Shown here: piece by piece, positions 51,209-64,000 of the stretch
Layout: every line of letters begins with the position of its first letter
How positions within the stretch are numbered: position 1 is the stretch's first letter
Source: Calcarisporiella thermophila CBS 279.70
Taxonomy: Eukaryota; Fungi; Calcarisporiellomycota
Direction: 5' to 3'
DNA length: 64,000 nt
Assembly (NCBI RefSeq): GCF_041956535.1
Contig: NW_027192195.1
Span: 86,370 to 150,369 of the forward strand
Translations under genes and position numbers: made by a program
The notes under the pieces: model-generated
The model's input: the letters and a program-made list of their open reading frames with translations, nothing else
The model's database searches: none
Told to the model about the DNA's origin: nothing

Positions 51209-51997
51209 TATGCTTATGAATTCGTGAGTGGAAACGGTTTGAGAAGTCGAGAATGAAAAAAAAAAGAAGAGGAGTAAGCAGACTACGGAATGAAAGAGCA
51301 AAAAAAAAAAAGCTGAAGGCCTTATGTAAATAAATATATGGCCAACCGTGGGAAATTTGGCCAAAGAATATCCCTCCGTAGAAAACATCCAGTGATTGGG
51401 TCGTTTCTGAAAATTTCAGTCAAACTTTTATCCACGAGCATTTAATTAGAGATTTCAAAGTAAAACTGCGGGCCTTCAAACCAGGAAGGTCATAATGCAT
51501 CGATTTATCTTGTGCCATTTCGGAGGTTATGACTATAGGGGGAATGCGAGAGAAGCGCGGAAAAACCGAGAAAAACTTTTGTCACAAGTGTGAGCGCCTC
51601 GGGCCAATGGGGCCGGGCTAAGGTGCAGCATCTTATTAAGTATTAACCTGCTGAGCATTAGGCAGCGGCTGCTGCGGGTAATCTTGGGAGACGTGGGAAA
51701 TTTACGAGGGAAACCCGCTGCGGGCCAAGGTCTGCGATCGGTCATTGTCTAATCACGCCGGCCGATACACAGCGCAACGCCACACAGCACCAAGTTGCGG
51801 CATCTTTCTCCCCGCATTAAGCGCACGCTCCTAGCAAAGGCCTTCTTTCTTCCTAATGAGATTCATATGGGACATGATGCAACCGAAACTTAAGCTTAAT
51901 CGCGACCATGATGAAATTGATCCAGCCACAGCTACAGTCACGAAAATATTCCTACTCAACCCAACTCTATTTCGTCCACTTCCCTATCTAGATATTT

Positions 51998-52623
51998 ATG
52001 ACTGAGCCGCCACCGCCTGGAACATCCTCTAGCGCGCTGACCTCCTCTTCCCTCTCCGCACCGCCATCCTTATCGGATCTTCAAAGAGGCCCACCGCAAT
52101 CACATGATCATCCCAATCATGGGGGTTCAGAATTGCCGCGCATTCATCCCTATGTCCGCAGGCGACCTCTGTCTTCGGCAAGCCGACTCGAGGAGAAGAT
52201 AATGCCGTCTGAAGAGCTTATCGGCACAAATCCATACCCTGCCCTAAACATCGGCAGCCCGACGAGTTCCAGCAGTGCATCTCATCCTGCAAGAAAATCT
52301 GGGCAATACGATAGGTTGGAATCGAGGCAAAATTCATCGGCCCAAGTTAAAGACACGAAGAAAAAATCTGCGATGCCACTGCCGAAAAAACCCAAACCTG
52401 AACCCAAAGTACTATTTCACCGAATAGGCCCAGGTGTGAGCACTGAGCGTGCGCAGAAGAGCTTGCAAGTGCAGTATCGACATATGGCTGGAAATGCCGC
52501 TGTAAGTAATTTGTTTTCCACTCTCGCTTTCGCGCTTTGCTTCTCATATCATATGTATTGTATAAGGCTCTCGCGCGGAAAGAAAAAGAAGAAGAGGCCC
52601 TTAAACGAAGGCGCAATAGATAG
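51998..52623 (+). CDS. Hypothetical disordered basic protein (about 186 aa)
   Basis: Exon 51998-52501, GTAAGT..AAG intron, then exon 52567-52623 (ALARKEKEEEALKRRRNR*). Confidence 0.6.
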
Positions 52624-52857
52624 TTTTCTTTCTTACGGGTTATGGTCGGGATTCCGCCTACATCACTCTCCTATAATGTGAAATAGGGTTGTATATAGAG
52701 CAAAATCAATAAAGAATATTGTGTTATATGCAAGAAAAGAGTTAAGAGTAATTGTACAGTTGATATTCAAAGAAATAATGCGGTGTTATAAAGAAACGAA
52801 CTCAAGTGATGAGGTTAATGTACAAGAAAATACTTCTGAGGTTAAAGAAGCGCTCTT

Positions 52858-55800
52858 TCAGTCCAAGACAAAAGGCATGCTTATGCTATGGCCCATAAGA
52901 TTTGTGCCTATTTGTAAGGATATCAGCCAATCTCAATATCAAATATCTATATTGGCAAACGAAGTCGAGCTTACCTTTGAACCCAGCTTCCCCGTCATCT
53001 GAGCGCTCTAAATCATCTACATCAAAAAGAATAGCGTTCGCTCATGTCTAGCCAACTATCGTCCTCCAAGGGAATACTATTACCCACCTTTCTCAAGCCA
53101 TTGCTCCTCGGCATTCTCCCCTTCACATTCGAACACGACCAAGTCCATGCATGCATTGGGCAGGATGCCCAGCTCTTCTATTGTCGCCTCATTCTCACTA
53201 AGCTCTATGCCATTATGAAAGAGACGCTGATAGAGAGGATTGACGCGAAGTTTCTCCATAATCTATTGGTTCAGAGGAATGGACGCAAAAAACAAGAACG
53301 TTATTGTCGAGTACCCCCCTAAAAAAATGCATCCTAGAACATTACCTTCACACGGAGATCCTTCACTGTATTCTTTTTGCTCACTACAATTTTCCACTTC
53401 CTTGCGGAGATCACACTTTCGCCGGATTTAATCCTCTTGGAGCGGCGCAATAGTAGATCTGGGGTAGTCAGCGACTCCGAGTTGCGTTTACTTTGGCGAC
53501 GTGTATTCAATGCCACATCTTCTTCTATCTCCATCCCATTTGCAGTTGTCTCTTCTTTACTGCATTTAGCTTCTATCTGAATTGCAGGGGTGCAAGTCTT
53601 GACCGGTTCGCTTTCGCGTTCAAGGAACTTCTTAATCTTTCGTACATATATAACGGTCTCGCTGAAGTCAAGCATCCTAAACAAAGAGAAAATGGTGGTG
53701 AACAAGACAGTTTCTTGGCAAGTTCCATCCAACGAATCATCACCTTTTCAAACGACAATCCTCACATACTTCAGGTTTGCTCGAGTACTTCACCGCCACA
53801 TCCCCATCCTCGTCAATCTCACTCATCTTGACTACCCTGATCTCCGGTCCACCTCCGTAGAACTTATGCAGTTCCCGCCACTCGTTAATGCCAATGGCAT
53901 TAAATATGTCCTTGCGATCCTCCTCTTCATTAAAGTTATATACAATTCCGCCATGCTCACACACAAATCTGTCATGATGGATAGCGTAGGGACGAGGATA
54001 TACGTCTGGTTGATTTATAAAGTTTCGCCATTGCCGCATGAAGTCTAAGATTGGATACACATTGAGCTTTAATCGGATACCAGGGAAAGGGATATGCAAA
54101 CGTGTGCAAATGTATACCTTTGGCAATCAAGTAATATTCGCGATTCAGCAATAGATTGCCAATCGTCTTGCCCCCGCTACCACTTACGATTGACTTCAAT
54201 TGTAGCTAAAGCACGTTGAGAAGTAGCAATGAATTCGAGATTTGAATAGAGATGCAACAAAATTCGATTACCTTTTCCCTCTCTGCTTGTTCCATGACCT
54301 CTTTATTCTCATCTAGGATTGCATCTCGTTCTTGTGTGCAGAGTTTACAAATCTCAGTCCGCTCACTAAAGGACTGATAGCCAGAAAAGAGGCTAACCAA
54401 TCTTTCGTGTGCCTGCTGTGAAATCAACTTGCGCCTTGATTCATCATCATTCAGCTGGTCATGGGCACAATATACATCGGACCGCCAAGGCTCGTGATCC
54501 GGGCCAGGATCTGTCATGGAATGCATCGGGTGGAATTTGGGAATTCTTTTAAGCCATTCTGGTAGAATTGTATTCCATTGAAGTTACAGGGTCTCTCATG
54601 AGTGCATCAATTGGCATCCTTACCACTTAACCACAATTTTGAAATCCAATACTGATTCTGGCTTTTCAGCCGCAATAATTTTTTAAATTCGTCTAAATCT
54701 TCTTGATGTCGAATGGCGTACAATTTGTCTTGGGCGAGAAAGTGGAGAAAACGTCAAATCAGGCATCGAGATTAATTAGGAAAGAGAGGGGGAGCATACC
54801 ATTAAAAGTATTGCGCACGCATTCCAAACAAAGATCCTTGTTGGTTAATTTTGGCTCACAGCTATACCCATAGTCTTGGAAGAGCCTTTCGGCTGCAGCC
54901 TAAAATGACGAGAATTGTGAGATCAAAAACTCCTGTTGAGTCGAAAACTCATGTTGTTTAAACTTCATACTTTGCGAACGCGTTTCGCTTCTTCAAGCAT
55001 CTCTAAACTTAATCCACCATGCTCGCAAACAATCGACTGATTATCAAATACCTTGCTCGTAATAGCAGTAGGATCGGGTACAAACTGCACTTCTTCCAGT
55101 TCCTTGTCTCGGTCCGGCATTTCCTGGCACAAGTTAATCACTACTGCGGATTCTTTATAGAACGATTTTAACGGATTGTTTAACCAGGCGCGAAGAGACG
55201 AAGTCGTAAAATAATAGCAGTCGTCCTAATGATATCGTATACAAGCATATGTTATATATACTCTGACTTTATAGAAAAGTTTTGGAAATGCAGACCTCGT
55301 TTGATGTCACATTCCAATCTTGGTATATAGCCTGTCTTTCTTTTAACAGTGTTTGAAAATCAGCTCGAGCCTTTTCGATCCTTTAATCAAAAGGTTAGTA
55401 TATAGGTAGATGTAGGTATAGGAGTGTAAAACAACTCACCTATTATTATACAGTATGGTTTCACTGGCTAAAGCCTTATTATCATTTTCAATTGCCTCCA
55501 CAATAAAATGCGGCGGGTATGTTTCAATTTTTTGCTTGGCACTACGCCGGACATAGGATAGCATATAGGCATTTCGAGATTTCCACCTACTTCAAAAATT
55601 ATTAGAAATCAAAATGTTTAAGAGCTTCTTTATCAGCACACTTACTTGGTTTGTGTAGGAGGGGATTTTCCTTTAGTTTTAGGTTCTCCTTTTTCGGCTT
55701 CATCGTCAGTGTCCATATTGGTATCGTCGAAATCGACCATCGTCTCCTTCCTCGCCTTCTCATCATTAATAACAAACCAGCATTTTTCCCTACAAACAAC

Positions 55801-57456
55801 ATTGTAAAGTGAGCGGGCATTGAACAATCGCATTTGTGACCTATCATCTACTTTGTGTCGAAAACATGTGCGATATAATGTCCGCCATTCGCACTATTTC
55901 CCTCATGGATCAAGACTGCGTTCAAGTCGTAAATATAGTCGCTGGGGTCCCCAGCTTGCTCTCCATGCAATTCCACAAAAGGCCACATGTCAATACTCTC
56001 ACAGAACTCAATGGTACGCTTGACTTTCTTTTTCGACATCAATTTGACGTCGTAAACAAAGCGCATTAATTGGAAGTTGAGAACCTAAACACATCAATAA
56101 AAGTACATCATCATCAACGTGGATGAATTTCTTATTTTACTTTGTCGTGCATACCGGAGGAAGCTTCGTTAGGCGGACTGAACGAGTTGCGTCTTGCTTA
56201 GAGTTGCAGTTTTCACAGAAATATTGATTCAAACCATCAAGCTTCTCTTTAGCAAGATATTCCCCCAGGCATTTCTCAAGACTAGGATTGTTCTGTAGGG
56301 GCAGTTGTAATATAATATCCATATTAAGCAGGTGCAAAAACATATGGGCAATTCAATAGGTTACTCACCTCGATATTGAGTACTATTTCAAAAAATGTCC
56401 CCTGGACTGGTGATTCAGTACCGCAATTTTCACAGCGGGTTACGTATGCGTAGCTTCCCTCAAACTGCATTCAATAATCAGTGATCCCCACCGTCTATAG
56501 AAAAATGCAATTGCAAAAGTATACCTGATCTCGAATCAAAGTTCTCAAATTCCCATTTTTCTGATTGCTGAAACGTGCATTGAGGAACGATAAAAATAGA
56601 TTGCTAAATCTAATGATATGGTTATAGGCCAGAAAGATTATCACCCGCACTCCAATCCTTATTGATAGACCGTTGGGTACTCACTCCTGAGCGTCTTGTT
56701 GTAATCCAATATCTATATTTAAACTCTCAATCAATTTGACAGGATTGTAGACATGGCTATCGCCAAGTTGAAGGGATGCAAAGAGTTTCTGGAGCTGATA
56801 ACAAACGTCATTCTAAAGATAATCATGTGGTATGGGTCAAGAATTGATATTGAGGATTATCTTGTACGTGTCTACCGACTTACTTCATCATATGAGGCGT
56901 TTGCATACATATACTCGTAGACTCCTTGACGAAAAACAGGGTTATGAAACCACACTTGAAGTTGGCTATTGACATAGCATGTTGCGCCAAGATTCTAAAA
57001 GAAGTGCTTGTTATTAAGATGTCCATCATCTCAGGATACAGAGTACACACCTTCAAACCAACAGGCAATCCTGATTCACGGCGCCTTTTATTCGGATCGT
57101 CTGTGCTTATTTGATTGGCCTTGCAATAGCGTTCGAATGCTTCTGAGTGAATTGAAGACAGTTAATCAAGTTATGCGAATACTTGAAATTGTAAAATTAC
57201 CATCGCTTTCCCAGAGATCTTGACCCAAAATGTTAAGGCAATTGGGATTGTTTTCACATTTTGGAGGACATTTCTTAGCAGTCAACGCGCCTTCCTTTCC
57301 TGTATACCGGTTGTAGCAGACCGGGAAAGGAGAATCACTATCGATCAGGCCATATGCACGCCGTACATAATGATCAGTAATCTGGTCTGCGTTGAATACG
57401 TCTTTTCCTACCCAGTTGAAGAGCTGTTGACCTGCCTTTTTCTTTAATATGGACAT
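52858..57456 (-). CDS. USP48: Ubiquitin C-terminal hydrolase, USP48-like
   Basis: CENNPNCLNILGQ, Cys box GLKNLGATCYVNSQLQVWFHN, His box HEGNSANGGHYIAHV, DUSP-like repeats (CEHG, CAHD), a C-terminal Ubl region and EAGFKGTNLMGH. Many introns. Confidence 0.9.
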
Positions 57457-57708
57457 AACAAGCGTTGAGCGATGAAAACGCTTATTCTTTTAGAGGAAGT
57501 TGGAACGGTGCTTTTCTCACAGTGGAGAAAAAATTGAACAGTCATAAAGCCGTCACACTAATCTTTTGCCGAAAACAAATATCCAAGACAATATCCAAGA
57601 AAGACTGGATGATACAGGGGAGAATAGAGGTAAGTTGGTCAAGAGAGCATTTGTATTAAGACATTTTATATACAGGTATTTGCATGACATAAACAATTAA
57701 GGGGCTGC

Positions 57709-58204
57709 TTAGTTTTCTCTCCAATCGAATCCACAGTCGAAGTTGCAGCACTTATAGAATGTAGTCATAGGCTCGTCGGCAGATCGGATCTGGAGCTGAC
57801 GATAGTAGGCGCGAGGATGCTCGCATTTTGGACACATCGCTTCAAGAAACAGGGTTGAGTTAACCATTCGACAGAAAGTAGTTAAATAAAAAAAAATATT
57901 AGAGATTGTACCTTCAGTTGAATCTACGTTTTTCCATGCTTCAGGACCACCCAGTACATCATCGACCTCTTTCCGTTGGAATTTGGTGCGGTTAACATAC
58001 TGTATATGAATTTAAACAATGAGAGACATCATGAATCATTGGTTAGCCAATTTGATCAAACGCATTAAGATCTCAAACAATTTGAACATGACTTACAGCC
58101 TGTTTTACGGGAAATATATAAGGACAAGTCTGGCAATAGAACTGGTTGCCATCTGCTTGATTCTGGATTAACAATAGATTACCGCACGATGGACAAAACA
58201 ACAT
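57709..58204 (-). CDS. RPC11: RNA polymerase III subunit C11
   Basis: MLFCPSCGNLL...FYCQTCPY, KEVDDVLGG and CPKCEHPRAYYRQLQIRSADEPMTTFYKC. Two introns. Confidence 0.96.
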
Positions 58205-58357
58205 TTTAGGTATTCGTTTTACTTGTCTTATTGACGAGAGACTCGCAAAATAACAAAATAAATTTTGCAATTCGCTTCGATTCGGATCCGATTTAATTGA
58301 AACGCGAGGTGATTTAATACGCGTTTTTCTATTTTTTTTTTTCGCGATTAAATAACG
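58205..58357. promoter_or_regulatory. Bidirectional RPC11/MCM4 promoter with MCB/SCB-like CGCG elements
   Basis: 153 bp between divergent ATGs. ACGCGA at 58302-58307, ACGCGT at 58319-58324 and TTTCGCG at 58340-58346. Confidence 0.6.
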
Positions 58358-61930
<3,573 letters not shown>

Positions 61931-62100
61931 TTTTGTTTACTTTGTAGTAGTGTACTAGCATTTAGTTTTTAAAATAGGCAGGCAATTCAGAGTCTATAAT
62001 ACGTAGTTAAGAAATAAACAACACATCTGAATCTCAAATTCTATAGAATATACAACACAATTGGATGCACTAGAGATACATCTAGGAAAAAAAAAAGGGT

Positions 62101-63739
62101 TTACGACCTGTTTGCATCGGACTTCTTTTTCACGGTCAGACAGTTGATATCGCAAAATGCACAGATTTCGTTGATGACGGAGATAGCGAAATGAAAATAG
62201 AGGACGAAGCCGGCAATAAGGCAGGTGTAGAGGTAGACGAGCTCGGCACGACCAGCAAACAGCGGTTTTCTAGAATTCATTCAGCGTGTCAGATTAACGA
62301 CACAACATAGGATGGGCCACCTAAGATCACACTTACACGGATAATAGATAGGGCAGGTTGGCATTGGTCGCACCCGCAACGAGTGGCCATATGAGAACAT
62401 TATTGAGCGGAAAAGGAGCCATCATCAAATATGCCAAAATCATTGCGCCAACCATATATCCCAACGTCAGACCATAATAGAGAGCGAATGGTAAAAAGTG
62501 GTCTTGTAATATTGAGGGCGAGGCATTGAGCCAGACTACAACGACAACCGCAAGGAATGCAAAGGGAATCAGGCCTTTGAAGCGAGCGAAATGGGAGAGG
62601 TCAGGATGTCGGCGTGACTTGAGAACGTTTTTAATTCTAAAAGAGATGCAAGTTGGGCTCTGCTTCATGGGTAATCAAGCTTTATTCAATACTCACGCTG
62701 CAACCACGTTGAAAATCACTCCAATTGCGCCGAACAGAAGGAGAGCGTGATTAAGCTGCAATCTGGGCAGCCAAGGATTCGATAATCCAAGGAGAGCATT
62801 CAAATCATTTTCCCAGAAAGCTCGTCCTAAGTTTAGAATAAATAAATGCATAAATACCATTTTTGAAATAAATGACCCTCGCTATTGAATCGATAAATGT
62901 ACCATAGAGCCCAGTGCACGTATGGATGCAGATAATCATCACGATTCCCTCGACTGGACCACTGAAAACACTCAAGTAGAGCGTACCTGTGTAATACTCC
63001 TCCCACGTGGTCAAATAGAAGTTGCAAGTGCCTAAAGAGAAAAGGTTTAAATGAAATGAGATAAATCCTCAGTATGCAGTGTGATTTACTTAGTAGCAAG
63101 CTCGTAATTGCCCACCACGTTCCCTGGATGTTCAAGGAGTGAATACAAATCAATCCCTCGAGCTGTTTAAATTATAAAATAGCTTAGTTACTGTTCATTG
63201 AAATACAATAAAGAACCAATCGTACAGTAGTATTAAGCGCATCGCATCCATGATCAAAAAGCTCTCCAAGAGGGCCAGAGGTGCCAGTTCGACGCGCCTG
63301 TTTGCCGTCAATAGCATCAAATGATTGATAAATAAACAAACCAATAGCAAAACTTGATTGCATAAAGATAAAAACATTGCACTCGTGAGTCAATGTCAAG
63401 TTCCTGAAAAAATTATTCAATATTAATTACGAAAAGTAAACCCAGCTCGGACACGACTCCTTGGAATCTGGCGAGTAGTAGTAGAGAGTCAACAAGTTTA
63501 TAATGATAGCACAAAGTCCCAAAAGTGTGATCATATTAGGCCTACAACAGTTTAATGTTAGTATGATCATGTCATTGGCGTCATTAAAATTCGGCTTCTT
63601 ACGAAACTGAAAGAGGAAAGAGTTTAACGAGATTATCCCAGTAAGGTCCAAGCACGTATCTCGAAAGAATGGAATGATCAACTCCATCGTACTTGTAGAG
63701 ACGTAGGTTTCGTAGTTGCTCTTGGCGAATATATCCCAT
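62101..63739 (-). CDS. Choline/ethanolamine phosphotransferase (CDP-alcohol phosphatidyltransferase, CPT1/EPT1 family)
   Basis: [50 protein letters not shown] and [13 protein letters not shown]. Confidence 0.95.
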
Positions 63740-64000
63740 TTATTCTGCGAATGCGAAAAAAATGCTCGAAGAGACCTTCAGATAAAAATTTGGTTAATTA
63801 ATTGAAATTAGTGTAGTTCAAACTCAGCTTATAGTTTTGATTTAATTAGTAGGGTAGTAATACCCATCACTATCTCGTGTAGAATATCGAAATTCGTAAC
63901 GGCTCTCTTCACAGCACACAGAATTTTGAAATTATACCACAAGAGGAGCAGAAAATAATAAACAAATTTTAACAAGAAAATATATTTGCCCAAAAAATTC

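Overview
This is eukaryotic nuclear DNA: a gene-dense stretch of a fungal genome with about 31 protein-coding genes and many short (about 55-125 nt) spliceosomal introns. The host is most likely an early-diverging fungus. That is inferred from gene content: velvet and AA11 LPMO occur alongside USP48-, WDR91-, TTM3- and MIF-like genes. Clear housekeeping genes are succinyl-CoA ligase beta, casein kinase I, a mitochondrial carrier, a PPR protein, CSN3, mitochondrial EF-G, an L-type lectin, U2AF small subunit, HPPD, RPC11, MCM4 and a choline/ethanolamine phosphotransferase. I built spliced models by eye and checked the reading frame across most junctions. Several genes (velvet, CYTH, MIF, a zinc-ribbon protein, an HhH-GPD-like protein) appear only in fragments in the ORF track. 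I found no transposon, CRISPR array, tRNA or rRNA, and no multi-gene novel system that I can support. The best leads are single-locus oddities: a divergent HhH-GPD-like 'endonuclease', a minimal C-terminally truncated velvet protein, a stand-alone USPL1-N-like zinc ribbon, a 55-aa transmembrane microprotein ORF, a multi-hairpin candidate ncRNA with a cUUCGg loop, a plant-TTM3-like tripolyphosphatase, and GC-AG introns. All family assignments come from motif recall, not database searches.
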